This document shows positions 1 to 13,320 of a DNA stretch of 64,000 bases, in pieces. Origin of the DNA: Leucoraja erinacea (Eukaryota); contig NC_073380.1 in assembly GCF_028641065.1 (NCBI RefSeq), positions 89,528,001-89,592,000 on the forward strand, written 5' to 3'. The first letter of the stretch is position 1. Every line of letters starts with the position of its first letter. Under the pieces are notes generated by a model that made no database searches, was not told the DNA's origin, and saw only the letters and a list, made by a program, of their open reading frames with translations. The position numbers were made by a program, and so were the translations under genes.

Positions 1-2825
1 GGTCCAGATGAATCCTATAAATCAATTTACTTTAGCTTATCATTTTGCTCAGTGGTTTGACCAAGCGAAATCGAATAAATTTAAAATTGATTTCGTTCAT
101 TTCCTTGTGAGAAAACACCACCCTGAGATTCAACATCTCTCAGTGATGTGGCTTAGACTTGTCACATTTGGGGAAAAAAACGATTGTCACAAATTATCTG
201 AAGAGTAGGTAGGAGGGTAAACTGGCCAACAGGTAAGAGGAAATGTGGAAACAAAGAACTGCCGATGGTGGTTTATACCAAAGATGAAGTGCTGGATTAA
301 CTCAGTGGGTCAAACAGCGATGAAAAAGGATAAGCATGGTGATTGGCCAGTATTCTTAATGCATGAGCTATGGTTTGTCCTGTGACACTCACTGTGATCT
401 CTTGTATTCAGACTATGATTAAATATCCCACTATTAAGTGCAACAGTTTGGTGGTCATTATTTGGATATGCAAAGGGCGTTAAAGTATATGAGAGTAGTG
501 GGTGCTTTGCATGTTTATTCCTTCACTTAAGCAATGATGTCATGGTGCTTACACTTCTTACCATTGACATTCACCCTTCATCAAAAAAGACATGACCCAG
601 AAAAAGAAAAGATGGGCTGAGCATTTATGCCAATATAAAACACACACTCCATCCCATGTGGACTTGAATCCAAAAGGAAGACCAAGACTTGCATTGCATA
701 GGTATTATTGCCAGTATCACATTTCATTAAATATGTTACTGAAATATACATAACCCCTTTCAGGTTAGATATACTGATATTCATATGACAAGGTAAAGAT
801 CTGTAAATAATTCTGAACACAATTTATTGGGAGAAATTTCTCAGATTGTAAAATGTTCTGTTATAATGAAAGCTTTCATTTGGCAAACTGGGCACCAGAT
901 ACGTCACAGTTCATTCTACATTTTTAATGACACTGCTTTTTTTAAAAATCTCCAGCCGACCCCGCTTTATACAATGCTCTGCAACAACAGACTCTGCAGG
1001 TCTTGTGTCAAAGTACTAAATGTTCTGTGATGCAATTGTGCAAAGATATAAAAGTCGTGAGCTTTGTTGTCTAAAATTTGCAGTTATGGCATCTTGGAAG
1101 GGGAAAGTCGGTGGCTGTAAGCTCTATTCCCATGTCCTCAAAGTGCATTAAAGTTCTATGATTGCTTTGGGGAGCTTGATATGTTGAGCTTGGCGCATGG
1201 AAGCGGAGGGGCCTCTGCTGGCAGTGATGGATAGCACGATTGCAATAGTCATGGGTTGTGGTATAGGCGGAGGTGGCCTTACGAGGCCAGCAGCCAGGTA
1301 AGAGACTGGGTCAGTGCAGCTTACAGCAGTTAGCGGTGGTGTTGGAATGAGTCGGTGGTATCATGCTGGGCCAGGCTGACCCCTATTTCAGTCCTGAAAA
1401 TTAAGAATTGCATATCTCCTTGGGCCACGATATTACTATTCAGAGTCTTGGAATTTGCAAGATGGAGCTAAAATGTAGCAACTCTCTATGCTTTTCCAGA
1501 AGAGGATGCATTGTAGTCATGTACAGTATGATTTGACTGGAACAAGCTTTTCATTGTATCTCTATGCACATTACAATAATCAACTAAACTGTTGTTTAAT
1601 CATTTAAGGATTTTCTTTCAGTTTGAGAATATTTTGATTTAGGAATTGTCTCATAAAAATTGTGGAATTTTTGTATTGTATTTATTGAATAATAGTCTCA
1701 GTAATATACACTTGCTCAGAAATAACATTTTCTTTCCTGAGCAGGTTTCTGGCAACTAATCAAAATTCTAACCATATGACTACTTCCATAGGAGTTTATA
1801 GAGCCAAATAACCTTGAAAAAGGCTGCCTCCAACAGGATTACTTTGGTTATCCCCATTTGGCCACATTATATGAAAAAAGCAACAATTACCAGAATGTTG
1901 CATTCTGCAGTCGATCAGGAAATTATATTTTAGCAGGAAAGCATAATAAAACGAAATGCTCAGTGTGGCAGGCAATGACTGTGAGAAGAGAAACAGCATT
2001 TTGGGTTGAGGACCTTTCAGTTATAACCTAAAGATTTAACAGCTGAAGTATTTTTAACTTGTAATGCAACATTTGAACTTTGAAGGATGTATGAAATATT
2101 TTTGACTAGATTCAATGATTGCATCCAAAAAACTACAGGAGGAACTCAGCAGGTCAAGCACTGTTCCACCAGCAGTTTTTTATTTGTTCCTGATTCCAGT
2201 TTCTTGTGTTTTTATGTAAACATATTTTGTTTTGTAGTTGAACTTGAGGGGCCTCTAACTTATTCTTGACTTTTCTAATGCCACTTCTGTTTCACTTTAC
2301 TTTCCCCTTCTGAGCTGACTTTAACTTGGTTAGGTTTGGTTAGGCTTTAGGCTTTAGCCTTTGCGGATATAATTATAGCATATGGTGGATTAAATCTAAA
2401 TAACAATTGAAACGGTCAACTTCTGACTTTGATAGTACTTTGTTTTTTACTGATTGTACCATTTGAGTGAAGCTATGACTTTAGGAAAAATAAAACTCGT
2501 TCCTTGAGACTGGAAGTCGTAGAAAGGTTGAATACTGTATTTTACGGCTAATGGAACTAAATTTAATTGTTTTCCAATCATTTGTGTTTGGAGTTGGCTT
2601 TTGAAATAATAAATGTTGGTGTTCCTCGTGTATATGGGTTTAATTTTGTGACATAAATGGTAACTTTGATCCCCCATGTCTAAGATCTTTTTGAACATCT
2701 ACATTGATTCCATTTGCCTGTGGTAGGACTTGTCTCCTTGTCTCTTAATGTAGTAACTGAAACTGATACCTGCGTCTGGCAGCAAGTTGCAGATCTCAAC
2801 CAGCAAAAAAAACAAACTGCTGGAG

Positions 2826-3200
2826 GAATTCTTATAGAAATATATAAAATTATCAAAGGACTGGACAAGCTAGATGCAGGAAAAATGTTCCCAATGTTGG
2901 GCGAGTCCAGAACCAGGGGCCACAGTCTTAGAATAAAGGGGAGGTCATTTAAGACTGAGGTGAGAAAAAACTTTTTCACCCACAGAGTTGTGATTTTATG
3001 GAATTCTCTGCCACAGAGGGCAGTGGAGGACAAGTCACTGGATGGATTTAAGAGAGAGTTAGATAGAGCTTTAGGGGCTAGTGGAGTCAAGGGATATGGG
3101 GGGAAGGCAGGCACGGGTTATTGATAGGGGACGATCAGCCATGATCACAATGAATGGTGGTGCTGGCTCGAAGGGCCGAATGGCCTCCTGCATCTAGTTT
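2826..3200 (+). mobile_element. CR1 LINE 3' fragment
   Basis: ORF2 C-terminus LIEIYKIIKGLDKLDAGKMFP...RTRGHSLRI...FFTHRVVILWNSLP, followed by the CR1 3' UTR (gaagggccgaatggcctcct). Confidence 0.9.
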
Positions 3201-6200
3201 CTAATTCAGTGAGTCAGACAGCATCTGTGGGGGGGAAATGGACAGATGATAATTCGATTCTTCTAATGAAGTAGAGGGGAGATAGCTGTAAGATAAAGGT
3301 GAGAGGAAGGGATGGGGCTGGAACTAGCAAGTGATTGGCGGATTCAAGTGTGTGGATTATTGATAGTCTTGATGGCAAAGGCCAGTGCTGAGAAAGGACA
3401 CATAACTGTGATAATAGGGCTGGGTCAGATCATGGATATGCTAGGAATCTCAGAACTGCTATTGGAGGATAACTTCTTTGAAGTTGGCACACTTTGAGGA
3501 GACTTTGCAGCGGAGCAGTATAAACCAATCAACCTGAATCCCTCCTGTCACTTGGAATTAAATTAGTCTGCAAATGCTTCACCCAACTTTCCTTTTGATT
3601 TATGTAGCCTATAGCCTTAGATGATCTTTCTTGTTGTCTGTTTTTGCAAACTTGCTAATCAAACCTCGTACATTCATATCCTAGTTAATATAGGTCAAAC
3701 AGAAGGGTCCCAGCAGAAATCTATGTGGTACACCACTGGTCACAGATTTTCAATCAGATAAACATCCCTCCACCACTACCCTCTGCCCCTGATCACCAAG
3801 ATTGTTCCACTTACATTCCAACTTCTCCTGTCTACAGAACAGCATTTCCTGTGTACGTCTATTTTTATCTGACCTCGTACTTGTTTGATTTCTTAAATTA
3901 AATTTGAGATTTTCACATGAGAATTTTAATAACATTTTTAATGTTTCCATGTGTTACACATTTGCGATAAGAGAAGCAGGCAAAAGTTCTTTCTGAAATA
4001 TTCCATGGATTTATTTGGTCATTTGCCATGCAGTACCAACAATTGCCGTTTCACAGGTTGAAAGAACTTCTCAAATAGGACAACATGTTCCATAAATAGG
4101 GGAACATACTGTGACTTTTGGTGCTAAACTGTCTTGTACAGCTAGCTAGTTTGTGAGCAGATTTTAATTGAAGTTTGAAGTAATTTCATTTTAAATCACA
4201 AAAGTTTTTAAAGAATTTTACGAGAAATCAGGTAATCCTTAAATTTGATGAAAACTTTGGGAAAACAACTAAATCATCTATCAAGTGCTTTTGCTGGAAT
4301 ATTGTTACAACTGACCTGCACTTTATTCCATAATGTAACATTCAATATTTGGACATGCCACCTTTTAGTCTGTGGTTCCAAATGATCACTAATATAAGAA
4401 TGCTGCTGCCAAGGAATAGTTTTAGTATCATGTAATGCAAAATACTATATAGTGTGATTTTTACATATCTGATTGCTCTCCTGTTCCTTTGTCATCTTTT
4501 CTAAGTGTGCTATTTTCAAGTTATTACATTTTCATTTTTAAATGAAACTTGTTTGCTGTACCTAGTTGATTTAATGTCTATTTTGAAAGTTGGAAATGCT
4601 TATGAAAAATGGTTTCCAAGACATTGGCAGGACTGGCTGCAATAACACTTTGTTCAGCCAAACTTAAACATAAGTCAACCGTTTGATACTTCATTACTTG
4701 TGATCAAGGAGGTCTGACTAGTATGTCATCTTTAGTTTGGTTCTCATTGTGCTAGACAAGTTAATACCCCTCGAAGTATGTTAACATTTCACGTGAATGT
4801 TTTGAACAGAAGCACCTGTATTCTGACAATTCTATACCTTTTATGATTGTGAAATCTTATATTGTTCATTGCCTACTTGATTCCTCTAGTGAAAATGTAT
4901 AACCCTAAATAACTCCTCTTTCATTTTTTTGGTCTTTTTTTGCGAGACGTTAGTCAAGTTTGAACCTCCTGTTTGATATTGACTTGGACGAAGCAATGGT
5001 AAATGAATTGGATTCTCCCTCCATTTTGGCCAGTGGACATGGAAGGCAACTGAGTATTTTCAGTTTGACCAGACCATGTTTGAAATTTCGCATCTTCCTG
5101 CTATGAGTGGTACATTGCACCATTAGATCTAAGTGAATGTGAAGAGGCTTGCTTCCAGAAATAATCTGAGTGGATTTGTAATGGATAAATTGAAAATGCA
5201 AGTTATTTTTGCTCAAAATGGAAAGGATTGCAATGGCAGATTTCCTTCAGCAAAAGACATGCTGAGCCAGATGTGTTTTTATGGCAACCTGTCAACTTCA
5301 TGGTCATCATTATAAATACAGCGTTTTCATTTCAGATTTACGATTCATTTCACTGAAGTTCCCCACCTGTTGAGATAGGATTCAAACTTATGTCTGCGTT
5401 ACCAGTCCAGCATTAGGATTGCCTGTCTAGTAATTTAATCACTAAAGCCCTTGTCAGGCAGCATCTGTGGTGAAAAAAAATGTGACTCTTTGGATTTATG
5501 ACCTTTAATTAGAAAATTTTCTTTCTGAAATTTTACTTGAATGATTTAGTGTCAAAATTGCTAATGACTTTATTGATAGCTGTTGTCCTCGTGTAACCTG
5601 TTCAATGATTTGTTTCTGGCTTTTCAATATTCCTCACAATAATTGCCTTGTATGCATACATGATAAATTGATGGTTAGGTCTTTATGAAAAGGCAGGCGT
5701 GACCTGTTTACAAAGACAAATACACACAATTTCTTCCGGCCTTGATAGACATTTTGTGCAAAGCATTCTATCTTGAGAGGGAGAAAAAAAAAAAAGATCT
5801 TCAATGTATACAATGAACTTGGAAGAAAAAGTATTTTAAATGAGTTTTCTCAAAAGGCAGCTACTGCATCCATGAAACTTTCCTTAAATCTTTTTTAACC
5901 TTGTTATCATAGCTTTGAAGTATTTAATCATTGAAATTGCTATGTTATATTGAAGTAATTCATGAACATTTTGTTGCCAGGCCATGTCACAAATCCCTAC
6001 CACCCAAGGCATCTGTCACTGAGAAAAAAACATTTAAACATAAAATCCAAAATATATTGAGAGTGGCAATGGTGGAAAGAGCTACATAATATCTACATCT
6101 TAACAGATTTTCAGAGCAAAGGATAGAAAATTACAGGCAATTTTCTACATATGATGAATTTCTAGATGCGCTAGATATGGGAATAAGTCGCCCAATTGGG

Positions 6201-6655
6201 CATATGTTCAGATTTTCTTCAGAAGATTGTAGTTCCTTCTATCCTTCGCAGTGGATGGTCACAGAAATCCTTGGATTTGTAACTCTGGACCTAATAAATT
6301 TCAGATTTGTTCAAACCAGTGTGTGCACTGTTACTCAGTGAAAATTGAGATGTGGTAGTGTGTGATGGTCATCATGGCAAAAGAATATGCAATAATTTCA
6401 AGGGATGATCTCTAGTCTGCATTTGGTCTGAACTGCACTCAGTTGATGTAGATGTTTGTTAGTGGTCTGCAAAGGATATAGTTGTATGTATAGAATTTGT
6501 AATGTTGTTAATGCTTGTGAATATTATGTAAATCTTCGAAAACTCTACAGTTGTCCTTGGCAAAAAACATTTAAACCATTTGAATTTTTTTTTGAACTAA
6601 TTTAGCAGCAGCATGTGATGGTGCTAGATTAACTTTGTTTAATTTTTGGACACAG

Positions 6656-6829
6656 GTATCAAGTGGAAGACGAGTCATTAAGTTTAGATGAGATGCCATT
6701 GATGATGTCGGAAGAAGGTTTTGAAAATGATGAATGTGACTACCATACATTACCAAGAGCTCGAGTTACTCAGAAAAAGCGAGGGCTAGGATGGTTTGTA
6801 CTTGGTGGATGGAAATTACTTTGTACGAG
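6656..6829 (+). CDS. ATP9B: ATP9B P4-type phospholipid-transporting ATPase, coding exon (human exon 2 equivalent)
   Basis: Acceptor cacag at 6651-6655 and donor gtaagg at 6830. Translates [57 protein letters not shown], matching the ATP9B N-terminus as I recall it ([36 protein letters not shown]). Confidence 0.96.
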
Positions 6830-6912
6830 GTAAGGTTATTTATTCTTTTGATATTTTTCCCTCCAACTTGTTAATTTGCAATGTAATACATCCAGTGAAT
6901 TAATGAATTTTT

Positions 6913-7172
6913 TTAAGAAGGAACTGCAGATGCTGGAAAATCGAAGGTACACAAAAATGCTGGAGAAACTCAGCGGGTGCAGCAGCATCTATGGAGCGAA
7001 GGAAATAGGCAACGTTTCGGGCTGAAACCCTTCTTCAGACTGATGGGGGGGTGGCGGGGAGAAGAAAGGAAAAAGGAGGAGAAGGAGCCCGAGGGCTGAG
7101 GGATGGGAGGAGACAGCCCGAGGGCTGAGGAAGAGGAGGAGACAGCAAGGGCTAACAAAATTGGGAGAATTC
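6913..7172 (-). mobile_element. Penelope-like element terminal fragment (pLTR) with hammerhead-like core
   Basis: Homologous to the end of the PLE at 10704-11940. The minus strand reads CTGAAGA-a-gggt-ttca-gccc-GAAAC-GTT at about 7011-7038. Confidence 0.75.
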
Positions 7173-7431
7173 AAACTTTGCTGATCTAAGTAGCTGAGTT
7201 AAGTAGCTATGATTAGTGATAAGAAATCGAAGGTGTTTCAAGTGTACGCAGGCTTTCTGAATGAGTGGGTTGCATTATGGCAGGAAGAGTACAATATAGA
7301 TAAATGCGAGGTTGTCCACTTTGGTTAAAAAAGAACATGCTATTGCGTAGGGTATTGGTTGTTGCCTACATGGACTTTAGTAATGCGTTTGACAAGGTCA
7401 CTTATTTTAGGCTGACCTAGATTAAGATTCA

Positions 7432-7459
7432 CTAGACCAATTGGGACTCTTTGGGTCCC
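7432..7459 (-). mobile_element. Helitron-like 3' terminus running into an assembly gap
   Basis: Minus strand: hairpin gggaccc-aaa-gagtccc, then aattggtCTAG|T. Confidence 0.55.
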
Positions 7460-7617
7460 NNNNNNNNNNNNNNNNNNNNNNNNNNNNNNNNNNNNNNNNN
7501 NNNNNNNNNNNNNNNNNNNNNNNNNNNNNNNNNNNNNNNNNNNNNNNNNNNNNNNNNNNNNNNNNNNNNNNNNNNNNNNNNNNNNNNNNNNNNNNNNNNN
7601 NNNNNNNNNNNNNNNNN
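7460..7617. other. Assembly gap
   Basis: Run of N. Confidence 1.
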
Positions 7618-7839
7618 TTATCCCAGTCAGCCTTAATAAAAGGAATTGCCATCAAATGACAGAGTAGGTGACAACCATGGTAAAAAGGTATTGGTATTGC
7701 AGTTGCAGGGGCAGTGGCCAATCTTAGTTGATCTGCCAAACCTGAGCTGGGATGCTCCCACATGTTGTGTTATAGGCAATTTAAATTATGATCAGTTCTT
7801 TACTCGTTGGCAGACTTCACACTAATACCCACAATCTCT

Positions 7840-8052
7840 AAAGATGGTCACAATGCTGGAGTACTTTAGTGGGTCAACCAGTATCTCTGGAGGAAATGGA
7901 TACGTGACATTTCGGGTCAGGATCCTCCTTCAGACCTGACCTGAAACGCCCGACACAAATTTTTTCCAGACATGTTGCCTGACCCGCTGAGGTACTCCAG
8001 CAATTTGTGTCTATCTTCGGTATAAACCAGCATCTGCAGTTGGTCTCCACAT
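7840..8052. mobile_element. Inverted pair of Penelope pLTR fragments
   Basis: caatgctggagta...cttcagac followed by its diverged reverse complement (...tactccagca...catctgcagt). Confidence 0.6.
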
Positions 8053-8232
8053 CCAAACACTAACTTTGTCAAAGGGAAGTAAAATACCATTCTGTAGTAC
8101 CTTGAATTCCAGTGTCCTGTGGTCTCATGCTCATACACACAAGTAACTGAGGAATCTGCTTTCGTAACTGGCCAGACTGGGCCATGATAGCTAGAGTCGT
8201 TGGGTCATATGACTCTTGTCTGTCGGGGCTTT

Positions 8233-8890
8233 TAGAAACATAGAAACATAGAAATTAGGTGCAGGAGTAGGCCATTCGGCCCTTCGAGCCTGCACCGCCA
8301 TTCAATGTGATCATGGCTGATCATCCAACTCAGTATCCCGTACCTGCCTTCTCTCCATACCCCCTGATCCCCTTAGCCACAAGGGCCACATCTAACTCCC
8401 TCTTAAATATAGCCAATGAACTGGCCTCAACTACCCTCTGTGGCAGAGAGTTCCAGAGATTCACCACTCTCTGTGTGAAAAAGGTTCTTCTCATCTCGGT
8501 TTTAAAGGATTTCCCCTTTATCCTTAAGCTGTGACCCCTTGTCCTGGACTTCCCTAACGTCGGGAACAATCTTCCTGCATCTAGCCTGTCCAACCCCTTA
8601 AAAATTTTGTAAGTTTCTATAAGATCCCCTCTCAATCTTCTAAATTCTAGAGAGTATAAACCAAGTCTATCCAGTCTTTCTTCATAAGACAGTCCTGACA
8701 TCCCAGGAATCAGTCTGGTGAACCGTCTCTGCACTCCCTCTATGGCAATAATGTCCTTCCTCAGATTTGGAGACCAAAACTGTACGCAATACTCCAGGTG
8801 TGGTCTCACCAAGACCCTGTACAACTGCAGTAGAACCTCTCTGCTCCTATACTCAAATCCTTTTGCAATGAAAGCTAACATACCATTCGC
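8233..8890 (-). mobile_element. CR1 LINE 3' fragment (young)
   Basis: Open 183-aa ORF containing LYRVLVRPHLEYCVQFWSP...RRLRGDLIETYKI...FFTQRVVNLWNSLP, with a (tatgtttc)n tail. Confidence 0.95.
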
Positions 8891-8979
8891 TATTTTCTAT
8901 GGCTTCTCTGATTTCATTCTGGTCACTTAGTATTTGGTATTGCCATAACACCAGTGTCAGAATCGAGACTGATTCCCAT

Positions 8980-9765
8980 TTAGAAACATAGAAAAATAGG
9001 TGCAGGAGAAGGCCATTCTGCCCTTCGAGCCTGCACCACCATTCAATATGATCATGGCTGATCATCCAACTCAGTATCCTGTACCTGCCTTCTCTCCATA
9101 CCCCCTGATCCCTTTAGCCACAAGGGCCACATCTAACTCCCTCTTAAATATAGCCAATGAACTGGCCTCAGCTACCTTCTGTGGTAGAGAGTTCCAGAGA
9201 TCCACCACACTCTGTGTGAAAAATGCTTTTCTCATTTCGGTCCCAAAGGATTTCCCCTTTATCCTTAAACTGTGACCCCTTGTCCAGACTTCCCCAACAT
9301 CGGGAACAATCTTCCTACATCTAGCCTGTCCAACCCCTTAAGAATTTTGCAAGTTTCTATAAGATCCCCCCTCAATCTCCTAAATTCTAGCGAGTACAAG
9401 CCGTGTCTATCCAGTCTTTCTTCATATGAAAGTCCTGACATCCCAGGAATCAGTCTGGTGAACTTTCTCTGTACTCCCTCTATGGCAAGAATGTCTTTCC
9501 TCAGATTTGGAGACAAATTGTACGCAATACTCCTGGTGTGGTCTCACCAAGACCCTGTACAACTGCAGTAGAACCTCCCTGCTCCTATACTCAAATCCTT
9601 TTGCTATGAATGCTAACATACCATTCACTTTCTTCACTGCGTGCCGCACCTGCATGCCCACTTTCAATGACTGGTGTACCATGACGCCCAGATCTCGTTG
9701 TATCTCCCCTTTTCCTAATCGGCCACCATTTAGATAATAGTCTGCTTTCCTGTATTTGCCACCAG
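8980..9765 (-). mobile_element. CR1 LINE 3' fragment, same subfamily as the neighbouring copy
   Basis: Frameshifted ORF2 pieces RDLGVMVHQSLKV and RRLRGDLIET, with the same 3' UTR. Confidence 0.93.
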
Positions 9766-9939
9766 TACTGTCACTCTCCATATTTTCATATTATCAAAAC
9801 AGTATTTTTCCAAGGGGGCCTGGCAGTGGATCCTTTAACTGATCCATGCCCAGTATATTTTCAGGTAGATTTGTGATTAAAATGGAGTCTGTTTGTGGTC
9901 TGCCGCTATGGATGACAATCGAATGGCAGGTTTATGTTT

Positions 9940-10690
9940 ATTATTTTCAAGTACTGAGGTACAGTGAAAAGCTTTGTTTTCCATGTTATCCACACAGACC
10001 ATGCATAGATGCAATGTTCAAACTCAAGTACAATAGATAAAGAAGAAAATGTAGTGCAAAATATAGTTCTTAGCATTGTAGCGCATCTGTTCCTTGGACA
10101 AAGTCCAATGTCTTTAATGAGGTGGAGGTGAATCAAACACTTCCCTAGCATATTGAAGGACTGTTCAGAACCTTGAAAAGAAGAGACTCGGAGAGTTGCT
10201 GAGTCTGGTGGTGCCCGCTTTGAAGCATTTGTAACATCTGTCAGATGGGAGCAGGGAGAAGGAGGAATGACTGGGGTGGAACAAGTCTTTGATTATATTG
10301 GCTGCTTTTCCGAAGTGGAGATGGAGTCAAAAGTGGGATGTCTTGGCTGTGTGATGTCTTGCAGTCTTGGGCAGAGTTGTTCCCAAACCCAGCTATGATG
10401 AAACCTGACAATATGCTTTCTGTGGTGCATCTGTAGAAGTTTGTAAGTGCCACTGGAACCATGAAGAATTTCCTCAGTCTCCTCAGGAAGGAGATGCCTC
10501 GGCTGTCGAATCTTTGTGGTTGCTCCAAGACAGATCATTGGTTATATTAACACAAAAACCTGAAGCTCTCAACCATTTCCACATCTGCACATTGGAGTTG
10601 ATTGGGCATGCACACAACCATGTTTCCTGAAGTCAATAACTGGCCACTTAATTTTGCTAACATTGTGGGAGACGTTATTGTCCTGTTGCC
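9940..10690 (-). mobile_element. Rex1/Babar-type LINE 3' fragment (decayed)
   Basis: Peptide FLRRLRKF...LTNFYRCTTESILSGFIIAGFGN, the typical Rex1/L2-group C-terminal block. Confidence 0.7.
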
Positions 10691-10703
10691 ATATCACTAA
10701 ATT

Positions 10704-11940
10704 CTCGAAGGCAGACAAAAATGCTGGAGAAACAGCGGGTGAGGCAGCTTCTATGGAGTGTAGGAGTAGGTGACGTTTTGGGTCGTGACCCTTCTTCAGA
10801 CTGATGTGGAGGAGGGGAGGGGCAGGAAGAAGAAAGGAAGAGGCAGAGACAGTAGACTGTGGGAGGGGAAGGAGGGAGAAAGCACGGACTACCTGAAATT
10901 GGAGAAGTCAATGTTCATACTGCTGGGGTGTAAACTGCGCAAGCGAAATATGAGGTGCTGCTCCTCTGATTTGCAGTGGGCCTCACTCTGGCCATGGAGG
11001 AGGCCCAGGAGAGAAAGGTCGGATTCGGAATGGGAGGGGGAGTTGAAGTGCCGGGCCACCGGGAGATCAGGTTGGTTAGTGCGAACCGAACAGCGGTATT
11101 GGGCGAAGAGATCGCCAAGCCTGCGCTTGGTCTCACCGATATAGAGCAGCTGACACCTAGAGCAACGGATGCAATAGATAAGGTTGGAGGAGGTGCAGGT
11201 GATCAGCTGCCTCAGATGGAAAGACTGCTTGGATCCTTGGATGGAGTCAAGGGGGGAGGTAAAGCGACAAGTGTAGCATTTCCTGTGGTTGCAAGGGAAA
11301 GTACCAGGGGCGGGGGTGGTTAGGGTGGGAAGGGGAGTGAGAGCGGAGCTACGGGATATAGAGGAGGCCCTGGTAAGAGCCTCATCTCTTATCGAAGAGG
11401 GGAACCTCCTTTTTCAAAAGAGTGAGGACATCTCCAGTGCCCTGGTTTGGAACGCATCATCCTGGGTGCAGATGCGGCGTAGATGAGGAGTTTTGGGAGT
11501 TTGGGATAGAATCCTTACAAGAAGCAGGGTGGGAAGAAGTGTAGTCCAGATAGCCATAGGAGTCAGTGGGTTTGTTGTAGGTCGGTCAGTAGTCTGTTAC
11601 CTGCGATGGAGACAGAGAGGTCTAGAAGCGGTAGGGCGATGTTGGAAATGGTCCAGGTGAATTTGAGTGCCGGATGGAAGTTAGTGGTGAAATGGATGAA
11701 GTCCATGAGTTCTGTCTGGGTGCAGGAGGTAGCACCAATGCAGTCTTCAATGTAGAGGTGTTCAGGGCTAGGGTCATGGTATGCTTTGAACAAGGATTGT
11801 TCGATGCACCCTACAAAGAGGCAGGCTTAGCTTGGGCCCAAGCGCATGCCCACAGCTACGCCTTGGATTTGGAGGAAATGGAAAAGTCAAAGGAAAAGTT
11901 TTTGAGGGTAAGGACCAGCTCCGCTAGGCGGAGGAGAGTA
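10704..11940 (-). mobile_element. Penelope-like retroelement (RT C-half, GIY-YIG endonuclease, pLTR), 5'-truncated
   Basis: RT-like YIEDCIGATSC...NFHPALKFTWTIS...LDLSV. GIY-YIG LLYIGETKRRLG on the minus strand near 11115-11149. Terminal repeat with CTGAAGA...AAAACGTC at about 10772-10799. Confidence 0.85.
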
Positions 11941-12875
11941 TTTGTAAATTCTCTATCTAATTTCTGAACTCCATCTCATTGTTTGTGGTGTCTTCAGCAA
12001 ACATGTTGATGGAATTGGAGCCGAATTTGGCCGTATAATCGTGAGTGTCAAGTGAGTATAGAAGGGGACTGAGAACGCTTTGTTGCACAGCCTATACTGC
12101 GGGAATGAACACGTCTCTGTTTCCACAATCGACACTTGCTCGCCCATAAATCAATCAGGATTGCCATGTATTGGAGTAACATCCGCACCCGTCTCTCAAC
12201 ATCTTTGCCCTCTGTGTATTTCTTCTGGTCTACCATTAAGTTATTGGAACATTTAGCTTCAGATCTGTAGGTGATACTCCAGGGACGAGGGTTCCTTGAA
12301 TTTGAGCCCTAGAAAACCTGGTCACATCACAAGTTTAAGGGGCAGCTGACAATGCTGCACAGGAGATGTCAAGGGCTTCACATCCTTCTACTGCCTCTCC
12401 TCCTCCTCCCCCTCCTCCTCCTTCTCCTTTGCTTTCCCTGACTGTCTGCCACAATGCTGTTTCCAATGGACAGACAAGATATCAATCAGAAGACCATTTA
12501 TTTTATCTTTCCTCCCCAGCTCTTAACAGATACAAATACATTTTTAATGGTCTTTTTCTTCTTATTTGTCTCCATCTATCCTTCATTTTCAGTCTTTGTA
12601 CTGGATTTACTTTGCTGCTTCAGTTTTAACTGACCTCCTTTCAACTTCATCCAGCTGTGCAAGCAGACTTGCAACCTCTGCTATGATTCTCCCAACTCTG
12701 TCTCGACACAACCAGCAAGATGCCAAGCAGATGAGTAGGCCCTGTTCACATCAGACGGCGGCATATACTGCTGCTAAACCTTTTGGCTTTTGGTCGTGCA
12801 AAAAGCTGCCCATACATTCCTGCTTGAGACACCATATCATCTTGTGATAGATACAGAGCGCATGTTTTTACTATG

Positions 12876-13010
12876 TGTAGGAAATAACTGCAGATGCTGG
12901 TTTAAATCAACGGTAGACACAAAACACTGGAGTAACTCAGCAGCACAGGCAGCATCTCCGGAGAGAAGGAATGGGTGACGTTTCGGGTCGAGACTCTTCT
13001 TCAGACTGAT
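12876..13010 (-). mobile_element. Penelope pLTR mini-element with hammerhead-like core
   Basis: Minus strand: tcagtCTGAAGA-a-gagt-ctcg-accc-GAAAC-GTC-accc...catctgcagtt. Confidence 0.75.
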
Positions 13011-13320
13011 TTTACACCCACTCCTAATTTAATTTGTTTCATTATTAAATAGAAGTTAATTCACCGGCGGTATTGATTTGTTTCAATTTCACCGTGTCTG
13101 CCCGTTTCTGCTCAGCCTTTTCTGACTGTCAAGGTCACGCGGTGTTTTTCCAGTGCGGTTAACACTTTTTAATCTTTCAATTTCGGTTTCAAGATTATTT
13201 TTTTAATGACACTGATGTTTTAATGTAGTGACAAATATCTATACCACCTGTGGGAGGTCCTTTTACTTTTAGGGGAGGGCTACAAACATTTAATAATCAA
13301 GATTGCTTGATTGCTTTGAT

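Noticed and set aside
1-6600. ATP9B exon 1 or promoter
   Set aside because: AT-rich with no CpG island or MADQIPL-like peptide; only decayed repeats and short spurious ORFs.
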